A stretch of DNA of 64,000 bases, taken from positions 1 through 64,000 of the IMG/VR virus record IMGVR_UViG_3300036715_000875. One strand, 5' to 3'. Source of the DNA: a virus. Positions 29,971 to 40,595 of the stretch are shown here, piece after piece. Below the pieces are notes generated by a model. That model did not search any database. It saw only the letters and a list, made by a program, of their open reading frames with translations, and was not told the origin of the DNA. Numbering within the stretch: position 1 is the stretch's first letter; every line of letters begins with the position of its first letter. Made by a program: the position numbers and the translations under genes.

Positions 29971-31454
29971 TGATAAACTATTACCACGCATATAATACTA
30001 TAGACCCTACTAAGCCATATTCTATTCATATGGTAGAGGCTGGACTATCAACAGCTAATATAGCTCTATATGTTAATAATACTTTTATCAAGTATTTTAC
30101 ACCCAATAAAGTATCAGGTGGGAGTTTAGTAGTAACTAAAAAGTTTAACCACGGCTATAATATACTAGAGAATTTACACTCTGGTACGATAGCTACTTAT
30201 ATAGACCCTAGAATAGATAGCGCTATATTTAATGAAAATACTTACATTTATGTAAAGAATACCCTAGGTAAGTTTTTACATAGGGTACCAGATACTACAG
30301 ATAGTTATGAGTGGCATGATACTAGCCGGACTAAGTTTTTCTTTAATCCTTATTTTTGGGACTCTAAGTATCTATGGGAAAGACTCTTTGGGTATGTACC
30401 CACAGGTATTAGCTTAACTAGCCAATGGCCTGAAGTAGACGAAATAAATCTATTCTCAAAAAGAACTTTAGTAGTGCAAGATACCTGGACTGGTATGAGA
30501 ACTATTACTACTATAGTACCAAGTAATATTAACTATTTTACAAATAACCTTACTGGAACAGAAGTCACTATTAATCTAAGCCATGAACTAGACCTAGACT
30601 TAGAAACTGGAGATGAGGTAATTTTTACTAATGGTAAAGATAGACTAGCCTTTACATATAACCCTGAGAATAACGCTAGTGTTAAAATTAATGGTATCTT
30701 AGTCCCAGGAGTAGTTAATATTCCTAACTATACTAGACCTATAATACATATACCTGTAGTTACTATCCAACCTAATAAGACCTTACTTTTCACTAAGAGT
30801 TTGCTTAATGGCGTGAATAACTTTACAATTGACTATAGAGGAGTTATTTATCCAGTTAGTGTCACAACAACGGCTCACCCAAATAGCTTAACTATGTATG
30901 ATCTAGCACCACTATATGATATGACACAAGAGCATATAATACAGGGACCACTAAGTCTACCTGGAGACGAAGACCTTTTATCAGGCTTTGTTGGTCCTGC
31001 TGGACCAGCGGGCCCCGCAGGTTTTACCGGGCCTAGTGGCCCTCAAGGTCTTATAGGTCCAGCTGGACCTGTAGGTTTTACCGGACCTAAGGGTCCTACA
31101 GGTCTTACAGGTCCTGCAGGTCCTGTTGGACCTAAGAGTAGTAAGGTAGTAAAGTATAATATCACAGGACCTCTAGAGTCATCTATAGGTAGCTTAAGGT
31201 GGTATCCTGAAGATCTAGTCACTCTTACAGGAGTGTATTTTATACTAGGAGCTCCTAGTACAGGAGTTCCTAGTATAGATGTGAAAAAGAATGGACTAAC
31301 GGTTTTAACTACTCTAGTTTCTGCTAATGTAGGCGCATATAAGTCTACAATAGTTAATCTAAATGTACCGTTAACAACGCTAGACTATTTAACTGTTGAT
31401 ATAGTCAACCCAGGTAATGCCGTAGACGCTACCATATGTATAGTATATTTTTAA
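29970..31454 (+). CDS. tail fibre-related protein with collagen-like repeat
   Basis: Run of Gly-X-Y triplets ([10 protein letters not shown]...GPVGPK) at about 30984-31136. Confidence 0.7.
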   Translation: MINYYHAYNTIDPTKPYSIHMVEAGLSTANIALYVNNTFIKYFTPNKVSGGSLVVTKKFNHGYNILENLHSGTIATYIDPRIDSAIFNENTYIYVKNTLGKFLHRVPDTTDSYEWHDTSRTKFFFNPYFWDSKYLWERLFGYVPTGISLTSQWPEVDEINLFSKRTLVVQDTWTGMRTITTIVPSNINYFTNNLTGTEVTINLSHELDLDLETGDEVIFTNGKDRLAFTYNPENNASVKINGILVPGVVNIPNYTRPIIHIPVVTIQPNKTLLFTKSLLNGVNNFTIDYRGVIYPVSVTTTAHPNSLTMYDLAPLYDMTQEHIIQGPLSLPGDEDLLSGFVGPAGPAGPAGFTGPSGPQGLIGPAGPVGFTGPKGPTGLTGPAGPVGPKSSKVVKYNITGPLESSIGSLRWYPEDLVTLTGVYFILGAPSTGVPSIDVKKNGLTVLTTLVSANVGAYKSTIVNLNVPLTTLDYLTVDIVNPGNAVDATICIVYF

Positions 31455-31463
31455 GGAGTCATC

Positions 31464-33500
31464 ATGTCAGTAACCGTAAATAACACAGGTCCAGCTTCGC
31501 GCCAAATAGTAGTATTAGATGAAGTTACTTCTCAAGGTATAATCGCAGGAATCAATACTGCACTTATAGCCCTTGGCTGGACACTATTTGATTCAGCTAC
31601 ATCAGGGTCAAGAGGTATGTTAACAACTAAAGTATACTCGGCTGTGAATAATGATAATGCCACTACACCAACGACTAAGTATATGATTTTACGCTATGAT
31701 TTACCGAAAGCGTATTTCTATGTAAGCTGCTGTGAGTCCTGGGATGCAGTTAATAAGCTAGCACTCAATGAGTCGTCTTTACCTAAAACTAGGTCATTCC
31801 CAATACCTCTACAGCAAAGTTCATATACTTTATATATCTTTGCCTCAGCTAGATATGCTGCGTTTATGCCAGTACTTGGACAAGAGCCAGGTATGTGGCA
31901 AGGTGTATTTGAATTTGAACGAGAAGCTACAGAAGATATTACAGACCTAGCCATACCTTGTTTTGGTTGGACAAGTGCAGTCACCTTAGGTGCTAACTAT
32001 GGTAATGCTCCTGCTGCTACAGGTACATATGGTGCAGCTCCTCAAGTATTCTCTGTACCTAGGGATAGACTTGGTAATACTGGAGTTCTTGCCTCTCAAA
32101 GATTTGCTATTTCTACAGCCTTTGGTGTGTACCCTCCACCAAAAGATATAGTCCCTAACTTATATACTGCAGGAGGGCTCACAACAGCTATAGCACCGGC
32201 GAATGGTATGCTCCAGGCTTTTGGTACAAACCTCAGTTATACTTGGAATGTCTCTAAGAGAGTTATTAGTAATTTAAAGCTTACAGGGATAGACGCTGCC
32301 TATGTTGCTGGTAGGTTATATGGCCTAAAAGTTATACCTTCTCTAGGTAATGCTCTTGATACAGTAAGTATTCCAATTGACTCATCTGGTTTTTTCGTTG
32401 ACTCTGGAGGGGTCTCAACTAGTCATATTATGCTAACCCTACCAGGAGGGTACCCTGATACTAACTTAGTAGCCGCAAATAGGCTCATTTATACCCTCTT
32501 AAACTCTGGGCCAGCTACGGCAGTTGCAGCTGGAATGGTTCTTAAGGGAACTTTACTCTACTACGTAACTGGGAGTCAATTACGGAAAGCTTCAACAATT
32601 ACTGGTTTTGACTCATTAGTAGCTACTTTACCGTCTGCAGGTAATGATTTAATATTTGATGGGACAAACACGCTCTATATTAGTACAGCTTCAGGGGTAT
32701 CTAGACTAATAGTTAGTACTGAAGTTCTAACGAATCTTGATATAGCTGGAGGAATTGCATCCTTAGGCATAGATGATAACTTTTTATATGGCGCTTATAT
32801 GACAGTTAGTACAACTCCAGCATTGGCTATAATTGATCTAGGTGCATTTAGTCTTACTAGAACTTATACTTCTACATTTAATACTACTACAGCCTGTAGA
32901 TTTACAGGTATTTTTGTAAGCGATTATACTGGGGCTGTAATAACAACTAATTTAGGGAATAATATTGCAGCCGCCGCGAACTATAAAGCCTGGAGAATCT
33001 TGGGAGCAGATGCTTCCGGAGCAGTGTCATCTTTTGCAGTTTCAGTGGCTGCATCTTTAACCCTAGGGACTAGTGCTCATTATGATGGTACAGCTCTTTG
33101 GTTATGTGGGTCTGATAACAATGCCTATGCTATCTCTGTGGACCAATTAACACTACTAGCAACTGTAGCTATGGGAGCAATCTCAACAACTGGAGGTACG
33201 GTCGCTACCTTTATATCTCCAGTATTTAGAGGTATGTTTGCTCTAACTAATAATGCTACTGCCGCACACTATTTTACAAACTTTAGGCACGGCCAAGCAA
33301 CTGGGGCAACCTTAACAGCAAGTAGTGTAGGGTCAGCTCTTACAGGGGCAGGAAATAACGCGGTAAATGTCCCTTCTATTAGTGATGGTATTAGTCTGTA
33401 CCGCTGTAACACAGGTAATGCGATTTCTAAGTTTTCATCTCAGTACATTGGTAGAAGCTCTATAGGTACAGCTGCTGCGAATATCTTATTACCTTTCTAA
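31464..33500 (+). CDS. putative tail fibre/receptor-binding protein
   Basis: 678 aa, rich in T/A/G/S; beta-propeller-like C-terminal repeats (FDG..LY..T). Confidence 0.55.
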   Translation: MSVTVNNTGPASRQIVVLDEVTSQGIIAGINTALIALGWTLFDSATSGSRGMLTTKVYSAVNNDNATTPTTKYMILRYDLPKAYFYVSCCESWDAVNKLALNESSLPKTRSFPIPLQQSSYTLYIFASARYAAFMPVLGQEPGMWQGVFEFEREATEDITDLAIPCFGWTSAVTLGANYGNAPAATGTYGAAPQVFSVPRDRLGNTGVLASQRFAISTAFGVYPPPKDIVPNLYTAGGLTTAIAPANGMLQAFGTNLSYTWNVSKRVISNLKLTGIDAAYVAGRLYGLKVIPSLGNALDTVSIPIDSSGFFVDSGGVSTSHIMLTLPGGYPDTNLVAANRLIYTLLNSGPATAVAAGMVLKGTLLYYVTGSQLRKASTITGFDSLVATLPSAGNDLIFDGTNTLYISTASGVSRLIVSTEVLTNLDIAGGIASLGIDDNFLYGAYMTVSTTPALAIIDLGAFSLTRTYTSTFNTTTACRFTGIFVSDYTGAVITTNLGNNIAAAANYKAWRILGADASGAVSSFAVSVAASLTLGTSAHYDGTALWLCGSDNNAYAISVDQLTLLATVAMGAISTTGGTVATFISPVFRGMFALTNNATAAHYFTNFRHGQATGATLTASSVGSALTGAGNNAVNVPSISDGISLYRCNTGNAISKFSSQYIGRSSIGTAAANILLPF

Positions 33501-33503
33501 GCC

Positions 33504-33959
33504 ATGGCAGATATATCTATTGTGGTTGTATCAGCTTCAGTCTTAAAGCGTGGTGCTAGAGGACTTGTAATAGCACCTGCTAAGCTAGGTGTTAGAGTTA
33601 CTCAAGTAGTTGCATCAACAGTAGCTCAATTACGAGTAGCTAGAAACCTAACTAAGCCTATTTCAGCCTCCAGCTTAAAGCGTGGCGCTAGAGGACTTGT
33701 AATAGCACCTCCTAAGCTAGGTATCAGAGTTACTCAAGTAGTTGCATCAACAGTAGCTCAAGTACGAGTAGCTAGAAACCTAACTAGGCCTATTTCGTCA
33801 TCCGTCTTAAAGCTAAGTGCGGTGAGTCTATCTAGGCCTGTATCTACTAGAGCTCAGAAATCTAAAGGTAGTAGTATTAATCCACTATCTATACCTATTA
33901 AGGTATATAGTCCTGAGCCAATAGTATATACTAGAGCTACATCGTATACTTGGGGTTAA
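33504..33959 (+). CDS. basic protein built from a 44-aa tandem repeat
   Basis: ORF; two copies of LKRGARGLVIAP.KLG.RVTQVVASTVAQ.RVARNLT.PIS. Confidence 0.55.
   Translation: MADISIVVVSASVLKRGARGLVIAPAKLGVRVTQVVASTVAQLRVARNLTKPISASSLKRGARGLVIAPPKLGIRVTQVVASTVAQVRVARNLTRPISSSVLKLSAVSLSRPVSTRAQKSKGSSINPLSIPIKVYSPEPIVYTRATSYTWG
33542..33813 (+). repeat. 132-bp tandem duplication (about 2.1 copies)
   Basis: CTTAAAGC starts at 33542, 33674 and 33806; the two full copies differ at only about 10 positions. Confidence 0.95.
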
Positions 33960-34018
33960 GTAGCTGTATGCCTAGTAGGGTATGCCAAAGCTCTATAATA
34001 TACTAAGGGTAATTAATA

Positions 34019-34561
34019 TTGATTAAGGTGTATAGTATGAACATAGAGCAAGAAGCCGACTTTGAAAGACGACTTAGAATAGTTGAGAGCTTAGTAAGTA
34101 AGATTGAATATTTAATTAATCTTATGACTAATACATCTAACAGGGTGGATAGCCTAGAAGAGCATGATAAAGAAATTCTAGAGTTACTACATCATACTTA
34201 TCAGGTACAAGATAAAGATATCCAAGGGGCTCGTGAAGGGGCTATTAAGATAGCCACAGAGCATACAAACAAACTACATAGCATTGCTATTGAACAGACA
34301 AAAGATATGCACAGAGCAGCCATAGAACACTCTACAGAGAACCATAAACAAACTATAGCTCTACTAGCTGGGCAGTTTAGTTTATTTATAAGCGCTGTTG
34401 TTGGAGGGGCTTTATTTGTTTTATCTCTAAGTAACGCTATTGTAGAAGATCATACAGACGCTAAGAACATAACTAAAGTAGTAGAGAAACTTGATAGTAA
34501 GCTTGATATAGTAGTTAAAGAGATTCAGGATAATACAGTACAAGATGCTAGGTCAAAATGA
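34019..34561 (+). CDS. membrane protein, putative holin/antiholin-like
   Basis: Coiled coil plus one TM helix (IALLAGQFSLFISAVVGGALFVLSL); first gene of the lysis cassette; real start may be ATG 34037. Confidence 0.5.
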   Translation: MIKVYSMNIEQEADFERRLRIVESLVSKIEYLINLMTNTSNRVDSLEEHDKEILELLHHTYQVQDKDIQGAREGAIKIATEHTNKLHSIAIEQTKDMHRAAIEHSTENHKQTIALLAGQFSLFISAVVGGALFVLSLSNAIVEDHTDAKNITKVVEKLDSKLDIVVKEIQDNTVQDARSK

Positions 34562-34905
34562 AAATAGAACTAAGTCTTCCAGATAACTATGATCGCCCAC
34601 ATAAGTGCGGCTGTGGAGCAGATAGTGCTAGAATTGACTTAGTACCAGATAGTATATTATTAGTATCAGTTAGGGATGCATGTTGCCCTCATGACTTTGA
34701 GTATACAGTAGGTGGTACACAAAAGGATAAGACAAGAGCTGATAGGAGATTTCTAGCTAATATGCTGAAGATTATTAACTCTCAGCCCTGGTACTATCCT
34801 AAGGAGATAGCAAAAGGTATAGCCTTTAGTTATTACTATGCAGTTAGACTAGAAGGTGATAAACACTTTAATTTTACACAGGAGAAGCCAGATGAAGCTG
34901 TCTGA
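34558..34905 (+). CDS. phospholipase A2-like / DUF1353-like protein
   Basis: CG...; ACCPHDFEY and ADRRFL match the C..HD..Y / AD..F pattern. Confidence 0.6.
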   Translation: MKIELSLPDNYDRPHKCGCGADSARIDLVPDSILLVSVRDACCPHDFEYTVGGTQKDKTRADRRFLANMLKIINSQPWYYPKEIAKGIAFSYYYAVRLEGDKHFNFTQEKPDEAV

Positions 34906-35248
34906 AGAACAACAAAAATTTTCAAGAGACCTATGTATCTTTTTAACCTACGTCTTTTCACAAGGTTACGAAGTTACCTTTGGTGAAGTCCTTAGAACAG
35001 AGGCTCAGCAAAAGCTGTATATGGCCGGTGGCCAAAGTAAGACTATGGACTCAATGCACCTTATCAAGTGTGCAGCTGATCTTAGCTTCTTTAAAGATGG
35101 AAAGCTAGTAGCTACACCTAGGCCTCTAGGAAAGTACTGGGAAAGCCTTGATGAAGTTAACCGCTGGGGTGGTAGCTGGAGAGGCAAAATTGAGTCTGGT
35201 GCGAGTACATTTGTAGATGGACCACACTTTGAACGAAAGGTAGGATAA
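34892..35248 (+). CDS. endolysin, M15 family (L-Ala-D-Glu peptidase-like)
   Basis: R...Q..L...G.S....S.H....A.D, WGG.W, D.PHFE; SD GGAG before ATG 34892. Confidence 0.88.
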   Translation: MKLSEEQQKFSRDLCIFLTYVFSQGYEVTFGEVLRTEAQQKLYMAGGQSKTMDSMHLIKCAADLSFFKDGKLVATPRPLGKYWESLDEVNRWGGSWRGKIESGASTFVDGPHFERKVG

Positions 35249-35250
35249 CT

Positions 35251-35451
35251 ATGTATTGGAAAGACTTACTAAGCACTATTATACCCTTACTAGTAGAGCC
35301 ACTTATTAAAACCCTTATTAGTTCTTTAACTAAACATAAGGGCATAGATAATAGTATGGCTAAAGTCATGATAGAAGAAATTGGTAAAAGTGACTTGAAT
35401 GATATTAATCCACTAACAGCTGAGAGTCTAGCCAAAAGTCTAGACCGTTAA
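35251..35451 (+). CDS. small lysis-associated protein
   Basis: Amphipathic N-terminus; follows the endolysin. Confidence 0.45.
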   Translation: MYWKDLLSTIIPLLVEPLIKTLISSLTKHKGIDNSMAKVMIEEIGKSDLNDINPLTAESLAKSLDR

Positions 35452-35537
35452 GGCTGCCATAACTATAGTATTCTATAGATTAGTGGTATAAATAATTAAC
35501 CGGGCAAGTTATTATTCACTAATTAAAAGGAACTACT

Positions 35538-37238
35538 ATGGCTCTAACTCCTTCCGACTGGACAATTGCATCTAATGGAGCAATCAGATATATTGGGGCA
35601 GCCCATGGCGTAGCGGGAGCATCGTATGCAACTGTTATTGAGCTACACAGATGGTTACAAGATAGAGCCGATGATGCTAGTGCATCTGGTGATGATATTC
35701 TTGATATCACCTACGTAACACCTTCAGGGCGGGATACTGATAACATTATTAATCTTCTAGGTACCTACAATATTGACCAAGTTGCTTCAGAGCATCTATA
35801 TGACGGCACAATCAAACAAACAAGTGGCGCTGATATCTGGGATGGTATTGTAAACTATGGAAATGAGGGTATTAATATCCAACTTATCCAAAATGGCACA
35901 CTGGTTGCTAATGCTTTTTGGAATGCTACCCCTAGCGGTCAAGTACTACCTGGTCTTAATCGAGACTTAGTTCAAGGTATCTCACATCGTTTTATGATTA
36001 AGACTCGTACTGCGGGAGTAGATATTGATAATAAACGTATTCTTGGTATTACTCGTGAGTATGGTAAAACATATGCAGAGTTCAACATCAATGCGACTGC
36101 CTCAGGCAATAACGTACTCGCACTTGTTAATGCTGTTGATGGTAACAATGGTACCGCTTCTGGGACAGTGGCAACTTGGACAACTATTACAAATGTTGAA
36201 GGCTATCAGGCAATTGATATTAATAATGATAGTATTAATGAGTATTACTTTTCTCAATGGAACCGAGATGTTTACTCTATCAATCAACTATATGAGCGGG
36301 CAAAGTACTTAACAAGATTTGGCTCTGCTAGCATACTATATGGTATGGATGCACAGATTTTCCGAGGCATTACTCATGAAGTTACAGTAAATACACCTAC
36401 TGGTACTATGCCAGCATTTGGTGCAGCTTCTTGGGCAACTGGTACAGGGCAAATGTTAGCAGTTAATAGCCCTACTGCAGGTACTAAAATGTGGATTCAG
36501 TTATTAACTGGTACTGCACCAGCTGCACTTGCTGTAATCACTGTTGGTGCTGCTACACTTAAGACTGTATCAGTGGTAGAGCGGACTGCATTGTTGAAGC
36601 AGCCATTTATTGGTACTTCTACTGGGTCTGCCCTTTCAGGTGCTTATGGTATTGGGGTAGAGAAAACTGACCTTGCGGCAGCTGATAAAGTATTTGACCT
36701 TACTAATACTCAATATTCTTCACCTGACTATCGTGTAACAACTGTTGCTGGTCTTATTAATACAGAAGACCGTGTTCTTGTTGGACCAGATAATGCTGGT
36801 ACATTACAGAATGGGCAATTCCAACTAAATGCTGGTATTACCTCTGGAGCCGCTACAATCGTATTGAAGGTTGGAACTGAAACTCCAGGGACTGGTACTC
36901 AATCTGCTACGGATACTCCAGCAACCGGTACAATCCGTGTTCAAGATAATAATGGAGTATATCAACGGGTTACATATACTGGTTTCTCAGTTGCAGCCAG
37001 TACTATGACATTTACTGGATGTTCAGGTGCACCAACAGCTGCTGCAAGTAATAAAGTCTTTATCTCTTATATTGATAATATTGCATCTGGAACTAGCATT
37101 ACCTTTGCAACTATCTATAATGGGGCTCGTACATTATTTGCTCGTGTTCGTGACGGTGGCGTAACTCCTATCAAAACCTTTGAAAATACTGTTGCGCTTG
37201 GCGGGTCAATCTCCGCAATTCGTACACCAGACCTTTAA
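35538..37238 (+). CDS. abundant structural protein of a second virion module (566 aa)
   Basis: SD AAGGA; T/A/G-rich beta protein; codon bias like MCP and tube; followed by a terminator. Confidence 0.6.
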   Translation: MALTPSDWTIASNGAIRYIGAAHGVAGASYATVIELHRWLQDRADDASASGDDILDITYVTPSGRDTDNIINLLGTYNIDQVASEHLYDGTIKQTSGADIWDGIVNYGNEGINIQLIQNGTLVANAFWNATPSGQVLPGLNRDLVQGISHRFMIKTRTAGVDIDNKRILGITREYGKTYAEFNINATASGNNVLALVNAVDGNNGTASGTVATWTTITNVEGYQAIDINNDSINEYYFSQWNRDVYSINQLYERAKYLTRFGSASILYGMDAQIFRGITHEVTVNTPTGTMPAFGAASWATGTGQMLAVNSPTAGTKMWIQLLTGTAPAALAVITVGAATLKTVSVVERTALLKQPFIGTSTGSALSGAYGIGVEKTDLAAADKVFDLTNTQYSSPDYRVTTVAGLINTEDRVLVGPDNAGTLQNGQFQLNAGITSGAATIVLKVGTETPGTGTQSATDTPATGTIRVQDNNGVYQRVTYTGFSVAASTMTFTGCSGAPTAAASNKVFISYIDNIASGTSITFATIYNGARTLFARVRDGGVTPIKTFENTVALGGSISAIRTPDL

Positions 37239-37246
37239 ACTTATTG

Positions 37247-37276
37247 TCTCCTCTTTGGAGGAGATTCTTAATTTTA
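37247..37276 (+). terminator. intrinsic terminator
   Basis: TCTCCTC-TTTG-GAGGAGA followed by a T-rich tail. Confidence 0.7.
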
Positions 37277-37294
37277 ATAAAATTTGGAGACTAG

Positions 37295-39583
37295 ATGCCT
37301 AAAATTAGAGACTGGACTTGGCAATATGGTACAAGTACAAGTGCTACTACTATTGCCTGCGCACTACCATCATATCAACAGAATGATTTATTATTGGCAG
37401 TATGTAGTGCAGATACAGGAACTACGCAGGCATGGTCTGCTTCTGGTTGGACACAATATCTATCACAGTCAAACACATCTAACCTCGCAATAATGTATAA
37501 GATTGCTAGTGCATCTGAGACAGCCCCTACATTCACATACTCTAGCTCTGAAACTGCTGACGTAAGACTATTATCAATTATGGATATAGATACGACTACG
37601 CCATTTGCAGCCAATAGTAATCTAAGTACAGCAGCAGCTCGGGTAGCTATGTCTACTGTTGTTACGACCAGAGATAACTCATTGATATTATATATGGTCG
37701 CTACTAGTGCGGTATCTGTACCAGAGATTATTGAGGGGGCTGTTACTCTTGAAATGGGTTCTGATGGTACAGCACACTCTGATGGGTTATCTTGGGGGTT
37801 TCAGGCAAAAGCTGGAACTACTCCTAGTAATATCTATATGACAAATATTTCAGCCTCGGCTGCAATAGCGTTTACAGTAGCTATTAATCCCCCTAGTGGT
37901 GGGGCTACTGTAATACCTTCCTATTGTGCAGGGGACTTATCAATATACATTGACCCTATCAACGGTACTTCAGCATATAATGGAAATACTGCTTTTGCTG
38001 CAACTACTACAACATATTTTGGGTCAACATTAGCAGGTAATCCATTAGGAAATGGTACAGCTGCTGCAGCAACTGACGTTGGGATTAACTCCTTTCACTC
38101 TATGGGACAATTAACAGGGGTTGTAACTGATGGTACATATTCTGGGTCTACACTAGTCTTAGCTACTGCTAATAAACCTAGTGTTGCTGGTAAAAATATA
38201 TTATTACACGTAAAAACTTCAACACCAAAGGTTATTCAAACTACTGACCCAATTACAAAAGCAACCACAAAGGGTCTTGTTTTTGGTATGTGTAGTGTAG
38301 CAAATACAGACTATAAAGTATGGCACGTACATGGCGCTGGTACTGCTTGGGATAGTGCGTCACATCTTCCTATTGTTATTAATAGTAATGCAACAGGTGG
38401 ACTTATTCAAAATACTGGAACACTTAATGCAGCATCTATTCTAGCATTTGGTGTAGCTATTTCTGGATTTACTATAGCCCCTATTTGGCAGTTTGGGTCA
38501 CTTTGGGTATTAGATACTACAACTATAGCTGGAGGTAATGCTGTTCAACCAGTTGATATTGGAGGTATTTGGAAAGTATGTTCATCAGGTAAAGAGAGAA
38601 TGAGTGTTCTACAACAGGGAGCTTCTCAAGCCCTTGTTTTACAGCCTATTCAATTTGGTAATGGTGGAACAGATGCGCTTTACTTAGACCTAAGAGAAAC
38701 AGCTATTGAGTTTCCACAGCAGTATAACGTTACTAGTAGAAATATATTCTATTGCTCTGCAGATAATGTGGCTGGATTAACATATTATGCTGGAGCAACC
38801 GATACTATTATTCATAAAAATGCTGTTGTATCTAGTAAGTCAAAATTCCACTGGAGAATTAGTGCGTTATCTAGCACTAGTGCTACTTATGACTTTAGTG
38901 GGCTATCAATAATTGGAGCTGGAGATGTAGTTCTTAGGGCTGTAACTACTTTTAATAAAATGAGCTTTACAACTTGCCCATCAATTACACAGAATGGCGC
39001 GCTCATAACAAATAGTACTTTTACTAACTCCCAAATAAGTATGGATAATTTAGGGCAAATGTCTGGGTGTACACATATATCTACAGCCACTGGTTATGCA
39101 ATTATAATTACAACCCCAGGAACTTATACCTTTACAAATAATGTATTTACAGGCTATGGAGCTGCAGGTACAACTAATGCAGCTATCTATAATAACTCCG
39201 GTGGGGCAGTAACTATTAATGTTATTGGAGGTAGTGGAATTACAGTTAAGAATGGTACTTCAGCTACAACTACACTTGTAATTAACCCAGTAACTACTTT
39301 AATCACAGTTAAAGATATTAATACAGGGGCTGTATTAGTAGGAGCCAGAGTTTATTTAGCAACTTCTGGAGGGGCTTTAGGAACTGGTGTGGTTATCTTT
39401 AATGCTTTAACAAATACTAGTGGTCAAGTATCAGATACTAGGTCATATATAAGTGACCAACCTGTTACTGGAAGAGTTCGTTTCAGCACTTCTCCAAACC
39501 TTTATAAGACGGTGCCAATTTCTGAAACAATTAGTAGTACAAGTGGGCTGACTTTAAATATATCTATGATACCAGATGTATAG
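37295..39583 (+). CDS. fibre/adhesin-like structural protein (762 aa)
   Basis: T/S/A/G-rich; DLLLA...GWT..YKIA...E..PTF adhesin-like N-terminus; beta-helix-like stretch; Ig-like C-terminus. Confidence 0.55.
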   Translation: MPKIRDWTWQYGTSTSATTIACALPSYQQNDLLLAVCSADTGTTQAWSASGWTQYLSQSNTSNLAIMYKIASASETAPTFTYSSSETADVRLLSIMDIDTTTPFAANSNLSTAAARVAMSTVVTTRDNSLILYMVATSAVSVPEIIEGAVTLEMGSDGTAHSDGLSWGFQAKAGTTPSNIYMTNISASAAIAFTVAINPPSGGATVIPSYCAGDLSIYIDPINGTSAYNGNTAFAATTTTYFGSTLAGNPLGNGTAAAATDVGINSFHSMGQLTGVVTDGTYSGSTLVLATANKPSVAGKNILLHVKTSTPKVIQTTDPITKATTKGLVFGMCSVANTDYKVWHVHGAGTAWDSASHLPIVINSNATGGLIQNTGTLNAASILAFGVAISGFTIAPIWQFGSLWVLDTTTIAGGNAVQPVDIGGIWKVCSSGKERMSVLQQGASQALVLQPIQFGNGGTDALYLDLRETAIEFPQQYNVTSRNIFYCSADNVAGLTYYAGATDTIIHKNAVVSSKSKFHWRISALSSTSATYDFSGLSIIGAGDVVLRAVTTFNKMSFTTCPSITQNGALITNSTFTNSQISMDNLGQMSGCTHISTATGYAIIITTPGTYTFTNNVFTGYGAAGTTNAAIYNNSGGAVTINVIGGSGITVKNGTSATTTLVINPVTTLITVKDINTGAVLVGARVYLATSGGALGTGVVIFNALTNTSGQVSDTRSYISDQPVTGRVRFSTSPNLYKTVPISETISSTSGLTLNISMIPDV

Positions 39584-39592
39584 GGATTAAAA

Positions 39593-39802
39593 ATGGCAGA
39601 CGCATATCAAGAACTTAATCAGAGGAACTTTCAAGCTCTATCAGAGGGTCTTAAAAGTGTTAGAGCGCAATGTGAGGGTTTAGCTGAGGAAGTTAAGTCT
39701 ATGAGAGAAGCTAATAGTGATCTTTTACAGCAGGTAGCTACGCTTAGACAGCAGAATGGGTACTTACTTGCGAGATTCCATGGTACAGGGAGTACATCAT
39801 GA
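39593..39802 (+). CDS. coiled-coil small protein
   Basis: 69-aa heptad pattern. Confidence 0.55.
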   Translation: MADAYQELNQRNFQALSEGLKSVRAQCEGLAEEVKSMREANSDLLQQVATLRQQNGYLLARFHGTGSTS

Positions 39803-40326
39803 TTATAGATTGGGGAAATAAAATTATTAATGTAGAGAAGGCTGATCTTTTACAGCTCCAAACTATTCCTTACGAAATATTCCAATTGGATATCCCTACG
39901 TTTAAAGCTATTCTAGGTGATTTTATGAGTAGTGACCAAGGCATGATATACTCTAGTATATTTAACCATAATCCAGCTATAACTATTGGTGGTGTTACTC
40001 TAGCAAAAGTAGTAGAGATTCTAGACCCTTATACTATTACTTTTGAAGATGGTCAGTATGCAGTTAACTTAGTTGGGGCTAATAGTAATATTGGAGATAG
40101 AGTTAATCTTAACCAAGTATCTATTAGATCAGCTAACTCCGCGGGACTAGCTATAAGTAGTGGTGGAAATGTTACTAGTAGTGGTCTAACTCTAGAAGAG
40201 CATAATAGACTCATGGATATACCAACTAATCCTTCAGGACTAACTACAGCCCAGAATAATAAACTTATGAGCTTACCAGCTTCAGGAGTAATTGCTGATG
40301 CTGTATGGTCAAAGGCCTTATCATGA
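39799..40326 (+). CDS. structural hypothetical protein
   Basis: Coupled ORF; GLT.E/A.N.LM repeats and IADAVW motif typical of phage fibre proteins. Confidence 0.55.
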   Translation: MIIDWGNKIINVEKADLLQLQTIPYEIFQLDIPTFKAILGDFMSSDQGMIYSSIFNHNPAITIGGVTLAKVVEILDPYTITFEDGQYAVNLVGANSNIGDRVNLNQVSIRSANSAGLAISSGGNVTSSGLTLEEHNRLMDIPTNPSGLTTAQNNKLMSLPASGVIADAVWSKALS

Positions 40327-40595
40327 CAATGGGACAATGGCTACTCGGGGTAGCGACAGCAACAAACCCAGGCTCTACTCCTACTGGTACAGCCTTTGAC
40401 TTATTAACTTCTATAGGTGTAGTATATACCCCTTATTCTAATTTAGGTGCTAACCTAGAGGATATGACCTTTAGTACAGAGGTTGCTGAAAATGACTTTG
40501 ATGCAGATTTACCAGAGGTTATATTTAGTAGTAGTATAGAGGAAGTTGAAACTGAAGTTATACTATCTACTCAAATGGAGGCCAAAGTTGGCTGA
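40323..40595 (+). CDS. acidic hypothetical protein
   Basis: ATG at 40323 overlaps the upstream stop. Confidence 0.5.
   Translation: MTMGQWLLGVATATNPGSTPTGTAFDLLTSIGVVYTPYSNLGANLEDMTFSTEVAENDFDADLPEVIFSSSIEEVETEVILSTQMEAKVG

Noticed and set aside
33542-33813. DGR template/variable repeat pair
   Set aside because: The copies are tandem within one ORF, the differences are not confined to adenines, and there is no reverse transcriptase in the window.
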